DNA of 64,000 nucleotides from an uncultured Clostridium sp. Lineage in GTDB: Bacteria > Bacillota > Clostridia > TANB77 > CAG-508. The position numbers and the translations under genes are program-made. The stretch lies in contig CANSOA010000003.1 of assembly GCA_947648495.1 (NCBI GenBank), positions 26,701-90,700 on the forward strand, in the 5' to 3' direction. Shown piece after piece: positions 1 through 9,848 of this stretch (its first letter is position 1; every line of letters starts with the position of its first letter). The notes below the pieces were generated by a model. It was not told where the DNA came from, did not search any database, and worked only from the letters and a program-made list of their open reading frames with translations.

Positions 1-750
1 ATACGTATCAAAAATACAAATAATTCCATAAAAAATAGCACCAAATAAAATGTAGGATTTCATTCTTCTGGACTTCGAAATAAATTTCATTGATATTTTT
101 AAGTCATCTTTATACTCCTTCAAGAATTTTCCTATCGCTTTTTGTTCCTCTTCTTTCGGCGGATAAATCTCTTTAAAGAATAAAGAAATAATCGTTGATG
201 TCAGTACAAATCCTAAACAAATATAAATTGGCAAATAATTATGAATCACAAATAAATAACCAGCTGTTAAAGAAGCAATGCCATCTAATAAATAATATAA
301 GCTTCCACCTTTGGCATCTAATTTGGTGTATAAACCGTCTCCACCACGCGTTGCAACAGAATCATATACAAGATTAGATTCGGAAATGGCTTTCATCATC
401 CAACCTAAAGAAGAAATTAAATTAGCTAATATGACACTACTTGCGCCTGGCATTACAATTAATATGACTATATTTAAAAGCACTAAAATATTTCCCCAAA
501 TAATGCTATTTCGTTTGCCAATTCTATCACAAATGGCAATAGCTGGAATGTTCATTAGAACTTTAAATATAATATAAAGTCCATTAATCATTAATATTTC
601 TGAGGCTGTTAGACCTTTGGTTATGGTATAAAATAAGAATTCTATCGAATAGAAAAATAGTAAATCCCACGAAAACATTTTATAAATAGGATATAATTTT
701 GCGTTTGTTCTTCTGGCTTTGTTTAATTGAGTACGCTTATTGTTCTGCAT
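1..750 (-). CDS. MFS-type transporter, N-terminal part (3' end runs off the left edge)
   Basis: My own minus-strand translation from the ATG at 748-750 gives MQNNKRTQLNKARR... followed by repeated hydrophobic spans. It contains an MFS motif-A-like AICDRIGKRNSII. It is not in the ORF track because it is truncated by the window edge. Confidence 0.6.
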   Translation of the reverse strand, partial: MQNNKRTQLNKARRTNAKLYPIYKMFSWDLLFFYSIEFLFYTITKGLTASEILMINGLYIIFKVLMNIPAIAICDRIGKRNSIIWGNILVLLNIVILIVMPGASSVILANLISSLGWMMKAISESNLVYDSVATRGGDGLYTKLDAKGGSLYYLLDGIASLTAGYLFVIHNYLPIYICLGFVLTSTIISLFFKEIYPPKEEEQKAIGKFLKEYKDDLKISMKFISKSRRMKSYILFGAIFYGIICIFDTY

Positions 751-814
751 TTTGGCTCCTTTCTTGATAAATTCTTTATTTCTAAACACAGTCCTCCACG
801 TGTCTCTATGTGTT

Positions 815-2506
815 TTATACATTGACTAATTTGTAATATTCGCCTTGTTTTTGCATCAAATTTTGGTGATTTCCTTGTTCAATTATTTTTCCGTCTGCCA
901 TTAGAAGAATTTTATCACAATCTTTTATGGTAGACAAACGATGTGCAATAATAAAACTGATTTTATTTTTTGTAATTTCAGTAATCGCATTTCTGACAAG
1001 CATTTCAGATTTATAACTAAGTGAGGCAGTCGCCTCATCCAAAATAATAATTTCTGGATTTTCTACCATGACTCTTGCAAAATTTATTAATTGCTTTTCC
1101 CCATTGGAAAACAAGTCTGTATCACAATTAATAAACGTTTCATAACCTTTTTCAAATGCCATAATTTTATCATGTAAGTTTAGTTTTTTGCAAATCTCCA
1201 TGATTTCTTCTTTGGAAATGTCTTTGTTATCATAATTAATATTTTCCAAAATAGTACCATCAAAAATGACAACTTTTTGCATAATATAGCCAATTTTATC
1301 ACGCAAACTGCGTATGCTATAATTTTTGTAATTTTGTCCATTGATTAAAATTTGACCTTCTTTTAAATCGTAAAATCGACAAATTAAATTGACTAAACTT
1401 GTTTTTCCACTTCCTGTTCGCCCAATCAAAGCAACTTTTTCATTTTTTTCTACTGCCAAAGAAATTCCATTTAACACTTTTTGATTTTCATTGTAAGCAA
1501 AATGAATGTCTTGAAATTCGATATTTTCAACTTTATTGAGAACCTCTCCTGTTTCTATCTCCTCTTCTCTTTTTTCCAAAATCTCAAGAATTTTTTGATA
1601 CGAAGTGCGACAAACATTTCTAATCTGAAACCCCTCTATAACCCATTTGGCATATATTTTCGGAGATGAAATATACCTTGCCAAAATAACTAATACCCCA
1701 TAAGAAATCAGTCCCTGCAAAGCCCCTATTCCACTTAACAATATTGTCACAACCAAAACAAACGACACAATATAATCATACAAACAGGTATAAATTTGAA
1801 CATTTTTCTCCAATTGATTGACACTTTTTTCATAATTTTTCAGCAATTGTTTCAAATCTGCCATTCTTTGTCCTTGTACTTCTAACGATTTTATGGTCTC
1901 AAATCCATCAATTTGTTCATTAGAAAAATTTAAAATTTCACTATTGATTTTCCTTTTTTGCTCTGTAAATTTTAAAGATTTTTTATTAAAAACAAAAGCA
2001 ATCAAAAAACCAATTCCATAAATCACCACTGAGATTAAGATAATTGGCACATTCAAATACATTAAAGCAAGTAATGATCCAATTAATCTGAAAACTCCGC
2101 CCATATAAGAACGGTCAATTCCCCAAGTATAATATTTGCTTACTTCTTTTGTATCATTTAACATATTTTCTAAAATATCGCCAGTTTTTAATGACTCAAT
2201 GTCTGCTTGTTTCATGTTTTGTAATTTCACAAATATTTTTTCTCGATAATCTGCACAGATATTTTTCTTCATATTAATATCAGAAAAGTCCTCAAACAAT
2301 GTAGCAATCGCCCTAAATATATTGACAAACATATACGTTATTCCTAATTTCACAATTAGATTAATATCGCCACTTGGAATTGCATATTCTACCATAACAA
2401 TCATAAACGCAATAAAAACAATCACCATAATACTTGTAGCACTTCTTCCTAAAGTAGCACAAATCGCTTTTTTTCTATAATTATTAAATATCTCTTTAAA
2501 CATCAT
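815..2506 (-). CDS. ABC exporter half-transporter (fused permease + ATPase), 563 aa
   Basis: N-terminal multi-TM region. Walker A GRTGSGKTS, signature-like FSNGEKQL, Walker B IIILDEATA, H-loop IIAHRLSTI. Its start overlaps the stop of the upstream partner gene by 4 nt. Confidence 0.9.
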   Translation of the reverse strand: MMFKEIFNNYRKKAICATLGRSATSIMVIVFIAFMIVMVEYAIPSGDINLIVKLGITYMFVNIFRAIATLFEDFSDINMKKNICADYREKIFVKLQNMKQADIESLKTGDILENMLNDTKEVSKYYTWGIDRSYMGGVFRLIGSLLALMYLNVPIILISVVIYGIGFLIAFVFNKKSLKFTEQKRKINSEILNFSNEQIDGFETIKSLEVQGQRMADLKQLLKNYEKSVNQLEKNVQIYTCLYDYIVSFVLVVTILLSGIGALQGLISYGVLVILARYISSPKIYAKWVIEGFQIRNVCRTSYQKILEILEKREEEIETGEVLNKVENIEFQDIHFAYNENQKVLNGISLAVEKNEKVALIGRTGSGKTSLVNLICRFYDLKEGQILINGQNYKNYSIRSLRDKIGYIMQKVVIFDGTILENINYDNKDISKEEIMEICKKLNLHDKIMAFEKGYETFINCDTDLFSNGEKQLINFARVMVENPEIIILDEATASLSYKSEMLVRNAITEITKNKISFIIAHRLSTIKDCDKILLMADGKIIEQGNHQNLMQKQGEYYKLVNV

Positions 2507-4279
2507 TTTTCCTCTTCTAAAATATTGTTTCGCCTCATTTCAACAATTTGTCGATATGCCTCATTATGTTCCATAAAATTCTCATGTGTATTCACTTCAA
2601 CTTTTTGTTGATGAATAAACACAACTTTATGGCAAGCCTTCACAACGTTCATATCATGCGATATAATAATCATTCCTTTATTAATCGCAATAATATTCTC
2701 TAAAATATTAAGTTTCGTACGTGTATCTAACTTAGACAAAGAATCATCCAAAATAATAAATTCATTTTCTGATAAAATATTTCTAGCAATCGCTAACCTT
2801 TGTTTTTGCCCACCAGACAAATTATCTCCGCCACTTTCTAACATGGTATCTAGTTTCTGATCAAATTTTTGAATATCCTGATAAATATCCGCTACCTTCA
2901 AGGCTTCTTCAATTTCACATTCTAATAATTCTTTATTCGTAATATTTACATTATTCAAAATCGTATCATGAAACAAATACGTATCTTGCAAAGCAATTCC
3001 TATGTAATCACGAACACTTTTAGGATTAACCTGTTTTATGTTAGTTTCACCAATCCAAATATTTCCTTCATATTCATAAAAACCAATTAAAGTCTTTGCT
3101 AGCACCGTTTTTCCGTGCTCCATTGTCTCCAATAATGGCAATATTTTCACCCTGTTTTATTTCCAAATTAATATTTCGGATAATTTCTGTTTCTCCTGCC
3201 TTTATCGTTACATTTTCAAACACAATATTTCCATGCAATGGCACATATTCTTTTTCAGCATTTTCCTCCTCTACTTTCATCAAATTTGATAATTTTTTAT
3301 ACGAAACCAAAAATTCATTTACATCTTTTAATTTGTCTACTGACTCATAAATATAATCTGAAATCTTCGTCGCATATGTTAGCAAAATTGACACAATAGC
3401 AAGCGTCATCTGTCCTTGCACAACCAAAATTCCACCAAACAGCAAAATAAACGGCTCTTTAAAGTTTCGAATACTATGTGTTCCAATACCATACATAGTT
3501 CTATATTTTCCAAGTTTGACATCCTTTTTTCGGTAATCTTCATTTATTTTTCTAAATTCTTCTATCTCTATCTTTCTTCGATTAAAAATTCTTTGCATTT
3601 TTGAATTTGTCACCGCATTTCGTGTTTTCTCAATCACGTTTTTATTTGCCTCAATTGTATCTTCCACCAAAGGCTTTGACACCTTATAATACCAAACAGA
3701 CAAAACAACTATCAAAAAACAAATCACTAACACAAAAACTCCAACCATTTTATTTAACTCAAAAATCTGAAAAATAGAAAAACCAACAATAAAAATCGTA
3801 TCCAAAAACAAATTCATTTGAGAGTTAAAAAATTCCGAATAAACCATCGCATCATTATTTACTCTTTGAATAATGTCAGAATGATTAATGGTACTAAATT
3901 GCTTATATTCTAAATTAGCAACATGTTTTAAAATCTCCTGTTTCACATTTCGATTGATTTTTAAATTAAACTTTATATTCATTCTATTTCTGAAATATTG
4001 TAAAACAATTATAATCGTATTTATCAAAACCAGCACAGCAACCAAAATCAACAATTTTACTACGGCAGAATCACAATAAAATAAATTTCTAATACATTGT
4101 GGAATTACGGCTTCATTTTGCAACACAATTCCATCTAACGCATACTCAATGAACATTGGCACATACACATTTAATTTGGAACCAATGATGGTTAAGACTA
4201 AAATTAATCCAATTAATTCTTTTGTTCCTTTTAACGTTTCTCGTAAAAAACTATATTTTTTCTTCATTTTCTTTTGCAC
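2503..4279 (-). CDS. ABC exporter half-transporter (partner subunit), reading frame broken inside Walker A by a CGG +1 site
   Basis: The track splits it into 3074..4279 (TMD, ending IIGDNGARKNG...) and 2503..3150 (MEHGKTVLAKTL..., LSGGQKQRLAIARN, FIILDD). Skipping the C of the coding-strand CGG (plus-strand CCG 3113-3115) gives IIGDNGAGKTVLAKTL, a perfect GxxGxGKT. Confidence 0.85.
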
Positions 4280-4708
4280 CTATACTTTAATTAAATTTTC
4301 CCTTTCACATTATACAAATCAACCCTTACCTGCTTAAAACCTTGTAACAAATCCTCCACCATTTTTATCATAATATTCCAAATGCCTTCTCGCAAAATTT
4401 CGCTTCAAAGATTCATTCAATTTTTGCTTTGCATTTGAAAAATCAAACGTATTTTTATCCATACAAATAAAAACACTTCCCCAATCATGATGGTTTTCAA
4501 ATTTCCTTTATAAAATCACGTGGATTTTTCAAATCCAACTCTTCTCCTTTTTTGGCTTATAATATATTTTGTGAGCTATTCCTGTTGGAAGATAATACAA
4601 CTTTTTTACATCTATTTCTTTTATTTTTATGTCATCTTTCTTCTCATTCTTAGGTATTATATCTAAAAATTAAAAATAATGCAACAGCTAAAAATTATTT
4701 TTGTTTTT

Positions 4709-4787
4709 GGAGATTTGGGTGGTGGAATTTTTTTGAGGAATTTGGGGAGGATTATTTGGGGGAGTTATTTTATTTAGGGGATATTTG
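4709..4787 (+). repeat. Degenerate G-tract array (TTTGGGG-like runs spaced about 8-14 nt)
   Basis: Sequence ggagatttgggtggtgg...tttggggagg attatttggggg agttattttatttagggg atatttggggg, leading directly into TIR element copy 1. Confidence 0.7.
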
Positions 4788-4876
4788 GGGGACGGGGACA
4801 CTCTTAATTACTACAAAAAACAAAGAAAAAACGAGTAAACATGAGAAAAAAGGAGTTCAAGACTGTCCCCGTCCCC
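4788..4876 (+). repeat. 89-bp GC-rich terminal-inverted-repeat element, copy 1 (MITE-like or hairpin-forming)
   Basis: GGGGACGGGGACActctt ... aagactGTCCCCGTCCCC. The 13-bp perfect TIR extends to 17/18 and encloses a purine-rich 59-nt interior. It is 88/89 identical to copy 2. Confidence 0.85.
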
Positions 4877-4958
4877 AAAATACTCCCTAAAAATTTCAAA
4901 AAATCATCAAAAAATAAAAAAATGACATCAAACACAACCATTTAATGTCACTTTTCTA

Positions 4959-5621
4959 TTATTCTCTCTCCCTCACTTGAGGTTCCAAAACCTCTTTTTT
5001 CTCTTCGGCTTTTTGTGGAACAAGCGCATCCATTGCCTTTTGTATCTTACCAGACAATGCATTTTCTGGTTGAAGATTTTGAAAATGTTCCAGATTTCGT
5101 TCAAATCCATACCTTTCATACAAGTCTGGATGCAAAGTTTTTAATGTTCTTGAATCTTCAATAAGTTCATATAATTGTGCTGCATTATCAAATTTCATTT
5201 CTTCTCCTTTATAATGCTGTCTATATAAAACTAAGCCTATATCAGCCATTGTTCTAAGTGCACAATGTGAATCTACATCATTCACCCACGCTTTTTCTTC
5301 TTGCGAAGCCTTATAGGCATCTTCACAAATTCCATAAACAAAACTTCCTTCACCCACTCCACATCTTGCAAAGTCTTTAGAACGTATATCCCACAACTCT
5401 TTCAAAGTTTCTTTATTAATATCAAAACCTTCTTCTGCATATTTTGCACCTAATAAAAATATATTCGTCATTTGAAAAACATTTGGGTCTTTTGCCCACT
5501 CCTCTTTTTCTCTAAATTCCTTTGTCCAATCAAGAATTCCTTTACTTGTTTCATTAAATTGTTCAGGATAAATATTTTCATGTATGTGTCTATATTCCAT
5601 AAATACTATTCCTTTCACCAT
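4959..5621 (-). CDS. Hypothetical protein (220 aa; real start may be the internal MEYRH...)
   Basis: Long ORF with non-repetitive composition and no family motif I can name. It is bracketed by direct copies 1 and 2 of the 89-bp element. Confidence 0.55.
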   Translation of the reverse strand: MVKGIVFMEYRHIHENIYPEQFNETSKGILDWTKEFREKEEWAKDPNVFQMTNIFLLGAKYAEEGFDINKETLKELWDIRSKDFARCGVGEGSFVYGICEDAYKASQEEKAWVNDVDSHCALRTMADIGLVLYRQHYKGEEMKFDNAAQLYELIEDSRTLKTLHPDLYERYGFERNLEHFQNLQPENALSGKIQKAMDALVPQKAEEKKEVLEPQVRERE

Positions 5622-5696
5622 TTTAAAAATAGTATTTACAATTTTTAATATTACTTACAAGTAATTTTTACCAATTAAAAATTTAAATATATTTTT

Positions 5697-5785
5697 GGGG
5701 ACGGGGACACTCTTAATTACTACAAAAAACAAAGAAAAAACGAGTAAACATGAGAAAAAAGGAATTCAAGACTGTCCCCGTCCCC
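5697..5785 (+). repeat. 89-bp GC-rich TIR element, copy 2
   Basis: Same termini and interior as copy 1, with one mismatch (ggagttc vs ggaattc), in direct orientation. Confidence 0.85.
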
Positions 5786-5860
5786 AAAAATATCCCCCAA
5801 ATACCAAAATAAAACAAAAAACCACCAAAACCTAAAACCTAAAGACAAAAACCCAAAAAT
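5786..5860 (+). repeat. Degenerate C-tract array, mirror image of the 4709-4787 G-tract array
   Basis: Sequence ccccaaaaatatcccccaaataccaaaat...accaccaaaacctaaaacctaaagacaaaaaccc. It is approximately the reverse complement in style of the array left of copy 1. Confidence 0.6.
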
Positions 5861-5876
5861 CATTCTAATATTATAT

Positions 5877-6728
5877 TTAAACCAAACCCAATTTCTTCAA
5901 GCTTTCCTTTGTCTGAACATACCCTTGCTCATACAACTCATCCACTCTTCTAAAATCCAGTAATCCCACATTTTGTGTCTCAATCTCCAACAAATAATCT
6001 GTTCCATCCCACTCATAATGTGCCAGCTCATGGCACAAAATTCCAAACGATTTATCCAACACTTGAATAATATTATCACAACATTTCTTCTGCGTTCTAT
6101 CCACAAAAACAATACTCAAAACTTTATCTGCCCCAATCCTTTTCGTCTCACGCCACGGCAAATTTTCCGCCAAACCACCATCTACTAAAAGTGTATTCTT
6201 ATATTCACACGGACAAAAAACACCCGGATAACTACAACTTGCTTGAACCGCCGTCCCAATATCCACATTATTAATATATTTAATATTTCCTTCATTTTTA
6301 ATTTGCGGTCCCGAATGAAAAACATACAACTCTTCCGTATGAATATTCACCGTCGGAATAATTAATTTTCTCTCAATTTGATTAATATTTTGAATTCCCT
6401 TTTTCCCACACAATTTATGCGCAAAATGATAAATCGACTTTCCACTATTTAAACCATTTATCTTTATTTTTCCCGTTTTTACAAAATTTTTTCCAACATT
6501 CCAAACATTCTGTAAATCCCAATAACCAATTTTTTTTGCATATTTTTTAAACGCTACAAAAATCTCATCAGTCGAATAACCACACGCATACAAAGTCGCA
6601 ACAATACTCCCAGAAGACGTTCCCGAAATATAATCAAAATACATTCCTGCCTCTTTCAATGCTTTTATTGCTCCAATATGTGCCGCGCCTTTAATCCCGC
6701 CACCAGACAAACATAAACCTAACTTCAT
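5877..6728 (-). CDS. Patatin-like phospholipase
   Basis: Oxyanion GGGIKG, nucleophile elbow GTSSG, catalytic DGG; 283 aa. Confidence 0.88.
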   Translation of the reverse strand: MKLGLCLSGGGIKGAAHIGAIKALKEAGMYFDYISGTSSGSIVATLYACGYSTDEIFVAFKKYAKKIGYWDLQNVWNVGKNFVKTGKIKINGLNSGKSIYHFAHKLCGKKGIQNINQIERKLIIPTVNIHTEELYVFHSGPQIKNEGNIKYINNVDIGTAVQASCSYPGVFCPCEYKNTLLVDGGLAENLPWRETKRIGADKVLSIVFVDRTQKKCCDNIIQVLDKSFGILCHELAHYEWDGTDYLLEIETQNVGLLDFRRVDELYEQGYVQTKESLKKLGLV

Positions 6729-6782
6729 AAAAAATCACCTAGAATATCATATTCTAAGTCATTCTAATTTGTTATTCTAAAA

Positions 6783-6807
6783 CAAAAAAAATACCACAAA
6801 TGTGGTA
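6783..6807 (-). terminator. Rho-independent terminator downstream of the DUF3800 gene
   Basis: Minus strand reads taccacatttgtggta followed by a T-run (the plus-strand A-run at 6783-6791). Confidence 0.6.
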
Positions 6808-6932
6808 AAATTTTGTTAACTGCCTTAGCATGATGATAACACATATCACTTACCGAGATTATGGCATGTTTCTAAGGACTTACTGTTTAACTTAAAAATA
6901 GAATAACACATAATTTTACATTTGTCAATATT

Positions 6933-7640
6933 TTATGATATATTTTTATCTTTGTTTTCCATTGGAAATCGAAACAATGGTAATATATATCCTTCTCTCC
7001 TAAGTCTTATCAATTCTTGATTGTAGCCCCCAAGTGTCACCATATTTGAATACAAAATATTAGAAAAAACATCTGCAATTTGAATGAGCTTATTTTGTGC
7101 CGAATCAAAATACTGCACCCTGACATTCTCAAGCAAATCCATATTCAAAACCATTTCTTGATTCAAATAATCCTCCAAAGAAAACTTCGAATCCGTTCTC
7201 ACATTTCTTTCATCAATTTGCAAAAACAACTGCCTATCCCAAATATATTTTCGCTTTACAGCATTCAAAAAAAACAACTTCAGCAAATAATTAAAAGTCC
7301 TCGCCTTATTTGAAATAAACTTCTTCTGCAGTTTATCATTATCCAAAACAATATAACCAACCCTCAGCAAATCGTTTTGGCAAAAAAACTCTAAAAACTG
7401 CAACTTCATATTTCGGTCAAAACACGAACCCTTAAGCTCCATAAACTTTCCATTTTTCTGAAACATTCTATTTTGTTTATCCAAAACCCTCAATCGCTCA
7501 AAATTTCTCCTCACAAAAACTTTATAAACCCTTTTCAATCTCTCCTCATTCTTAGGCATCACAACCCCAATCACAAAAAAGCGATTTAACCTCTTTGACA
7601 CAGGATGCACACTACCCGACTCATCCATATACATATTCAT
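6933..7640 (-). CDS. DUF3800-family protein
   Basis: N-terminal MYMDESGS... followed by FFVIGVVM, the pattern I associate with DUF3800; 235 aa. Confidence 0.65.
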   Translation of the reverse strand: MNMYMDESGSVHPVSKRLNRFFVIGVVMPKNEERLKRVYKVFVRRNFERLRVLDKQNRMFQKNGKFMELKGSCFDRNMKLQFLEFFCQNDLLRVGYIVLDNDKLQKKFISNKARTFNYLLKLFFLNAVKRKYIWDRQLFLQIDERNVRTDSKFSLEDYLNQEMVLNMDLLENVRVQYFDSAQNKLIQIADVFSNILYSNMVTLGGYNQELIRLRREGYILPLFRFPMENKDKNIS

Positions 7641-7765
7641 ACCATATTAATCCTTACATTTAATCCTGAAAATCACGGCAAGAAACTGCCTCGAACCAAT
7701 TTTTCTCATTCTATCACACAAAATCACAAACGTCAAGCAAAAAACAAAAAAAGTAAAAAACAAAA

Positions 7766-7908
7766 CCCCCTCGCGCGGTCACCAACCAGCTTTCAAACGA
7801 AAAACTCGACAAAGCCAATGCCTTACCGTCTGAGGTGCAGGTACAAGGGGCAGAGCCCTTGCGGGGATTTTAAAGGGGCAGATGCCCCCTTAAAGCCCGC
7901 TCAACAAT
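7766..7908. repeat. GC-rich structured intergenic repeat, copy A (immediately 3' of fabI)
   Basis: Shares these blocks with copy B: cgcggtcac, aaccagctttca, ccaatgcct, gaggtgc, caagggg, ggggatt, aacaatcc. It contains the hairpin ttaaagggg-cagatg-cccccttaa. GC content is far above the local background. Confidence 0.75.
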
Positions 7909-7910
7909 CC

Positions 7911-8681
7911 TCAAATCCCCATAACATTATAACCACTATCCGCATAAACAACTTGCCCCGTAATTGCCCCAGCCATCGAACTAAGCAAAAACGCAACACA
8001 ATCGCCAACCTGTTCCTTTGTCACATTTCTTCTAAGCGGAGACTTCTCCTCCACCACATTCAAAATCGAACCAAAATCCTTAATTCCCTTCGCAGAAAGC
8101 GTCTTAATCGGCCCCGCCGAAACCGCATTTACACGAACACCCATTGGACCCAAATTATCCGCCAAATAGCGCACACTGCACTCCAAAGCTGCCTTTGCAA
8201 CACCCATCACATTATAATTTGGTAATACTTTTGTAGACCCATGATACGTCAAACTCACCAAACTAGTCTCCTCAGTCAAAACATCCTTCTCCTTTGCAAT
8301 TCTAGCCGTTGCCACAAACGTATACGCACTTACATCCACCGCATGCGAATATCCCTCTTTACTCGTCTCCACAAACGCATTATGCAAATCCTCCGTAAAA
8401 GCATGCGCAATACAATGCACAATTCCATCAATTTTGCCAAAATCCTTTTTCACATTTTCAAACAAAGTTTCCAATTCACTATCCACAGACGCATCACAGC
8501 TATAAGCCTTCGTCTCACCAAACTCAGCTATTAATTCTTCAATTTTGTCTCTATTCTCCTCGCCCATAAACGTAAAAATCACCTTTGCCCCTTGCTCAAA
8601 AGCAGACTTCGCCGCTCCATACGCAATACTCCATTTGTTTCTAATTCCCATAATTAGAACTGTTTTATCCTTCAAAATCAT
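7911..8681 (-). CDS. fabI: Enoyl-ACP reductase FabI (NADH-dependent, SDR family)
   Basis: 256 aa. N-terminal GIRNKWSIAYG, catalytic Y-x6-K region YNVMGVAKAALE, C-terminal SGPIKTLSA. Confidence 0.88.
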   Translation of the reverse strand: MILKDKTVLIMGIRNKWSIAYGAAKSAFEQGAKVIFTFMGEENRDKIEELIAEFGETKAYSCDASVDSELETLFENVKKDFGKIDGIVHCIAHAFTEDLHNAFVETSKEGYSHAVDVSAYTFVATARIAKEKDVLTEETSLVSLTYHGSTKVLPNYNVMGVAKAALECSVRYLADNLGPMGVRVNAVSAGPIKTLSAKGIKDFGSILNVVEEKSPLRRNVTKEQVGDCVAFLLSSMAGAITGQVVYADSGYNVMGI

Positions 8682-8717
8682 CTCAAAATCCTCCTTAAAA
8701 TATTTTTATATCAAATT

Positions 8718-8868
8718 CCCTCGCGTGCTCATCGCGCGGTCACAAACCAGCTTTCACAACCCAATTAGGCAAACCAATGCCTCACCAGACGAGGTGCTGG
8801 GGTCAAGGGGACAGCGTCCGTTGTGGGGATTCTTAAGGAGCAAAGCCCTTTAAGACCCTAACAATCCA
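8718..8868. repeat. GC-rich structured intergenic repeat, copy B (between accA and fabI)
   Basis: Homologous to copy A in the same orientation, roughly 70% by eye. The equivalent hairpin cttaagg-agcaaag-ccctttaag has changed stem bases. Confidence 0.75.
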
Positions 8869-9825
8869 CTAAACATACTCCCCCATCCCACGAAACTTCT
8901 CATATCTTTCTTCCACCAACTCATCCTTCGACTTTTTCTTAAGCTTCTTCACCGCCGACAAAATCTCCTTCTTCAAATTCTCAGCAACACATTCCACATC
9001 ATTTTGTGCCCCACCAATTGGTTCAGCAATAATTTTATCAATTACCTTAAATTTTTTCAAATCTCCAGCCGTCATTTTCATTTTTTCAGCCGCTTCTTTC
9101 ACACGTGTTCCATCCTTCCACAAAATACTCGAAAAACCTTCTGGTGAAAGTACTGAATAAACTGCATTCTCCAACATCAAAATTTCATCTCCAACACCAA
9201 TCGCTAATGCCCCACCACTCGAACCTTCACCAATCACAATACAAATAATTGGTGTCTTCAAATGTGCCATTTCCATCATACTTTTTGCAATTGCTTCACC
9301 CTGACCGCGTTCTTCCGCGCCTATACCGGGATACGCACCTTTTGTATCAATAAACGTAACAATCGGTCTACTAAATTTTTCCGCCTGTTTCATCAAACGA
9401 ATCGCTTTTCGGTAACTTTCTGGATTCGGCATACCAAAATTACGTTTGATGTTTTCCTTCGTATTTCTCCCTTTTTGTTCAGCAATAATCGTAAAATTCT
9501 GTTTTCCAATACTTGCTAATCCGCAAACCATTGCTCCATCATCACTAAAGACTCGGTCACCATGAAGTTCCATAAATTCATCAAAAATAATATTGATATA
9601 ATCTAAGGCAGTTGGGCGTTTCGGATTTCGTGCAATTTCCAATCTCTCCCACGCTGTTAATTTGCTATTTTCTTTACGTGCAATTTTCTCCAACTTGCTG
9701 GTCGCCTCTTTTAATTCCTTTGTCACTTCTAGCATTTCATCTTTGCTCAAATTTTTCAGTTCTTTTATGGTATTTTCCAGTTCCTCAATTTCTGTTAAAT
9801 GTTTATCTTTCGGCAGAATCATCAC
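8869..9825 (-). CDS. accA: Acetyl-CoA carboxylase carboxyltransferase alpha subunit
   Basis: 318 aa with typical AccA blocks: RPTALDYI, FIDTKGAYPGIGAEERGQGEAIA, VIGEGSSGGALA. Confidence 0.9.
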   Translation of the reverse strand: MMILPKDKHLTEIEELENTIKELKNLSKDEMLEVTKELKEATSKLEKIARKENSKLTAWERLEIARNPKRPTALDYINIIFDEFMELHGDRVFSDDGAMVCGLASIGKQNFTIIAEQKGRNTKENIKRNFGMPNPESYRKAIRLMKQAEKFSRPIVTFIDTKGAYPGIGAEERGQGEAIAKSMMEMAHLKTPIICIVIGEGSSGGALAIGVGDEILMLENAVYSVLSPEGFSSILWKDGTRVKEAAEKMKMTAGDLKKFKVIDKIIAEPIGGAQNDVECVAENLKKEILSAVKKLKKKSKDELVEERYEKFRGMGEYV

Positions 9826-9848
9826 CTCCTTTAAAAATTGTAAGTTGT

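Noticed and set aside
4335-4640. Short minus-strand reading frames (…KPKKGEELDLKNPRDFIKEI* and …KFENHHDWGSVFICMDKNTFDFSNAKQKLNESLKRNFARRHLEYYDKNGGGFVTRF*) that might be one gene
   Set aside because: They are joined only by a non-CGG frame change in an A/T run. There is no recognisable family and no start or RBS I trust. This is probably a decayed fragment, and it does not fit the CGG pattern.
4709-4787. TTTGGGG/TTGGGG runs resembling ciliate telomeric repeats
   Set aside because: The runs are internal and degenerate, with variable spacing, inside a clearly bacterial gene context. The resemblance is compositional only.
7605-8225. 206-aa plus-strand ORF, plus other long plus-strand ORFs such as 8241..8534, 13742..14185, 15488..15817 and 41568..42059
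   Set aside because: All lie antisense to strongly supported minus-strand genes (fabI, fabZ, fabF, the helicase-MTase fusion). Their compositions are odd and they carry no motifs. They are shadow ORFs.
7766-8868. T-box leader or SRP-RNA interpretation of the GC-rich repeats (ggtgaccgcgcg resembles the T-box GGTGGTACCGCG)
   Set aside because: Only a short partial resemblance. There is no specifier, stem I or antiterminator architecture, the genomic context is wrong (fabI, not an aminoacyl-tRNA or amino-acid gene), and there are two copies. Kept only as an unclassified repeat.
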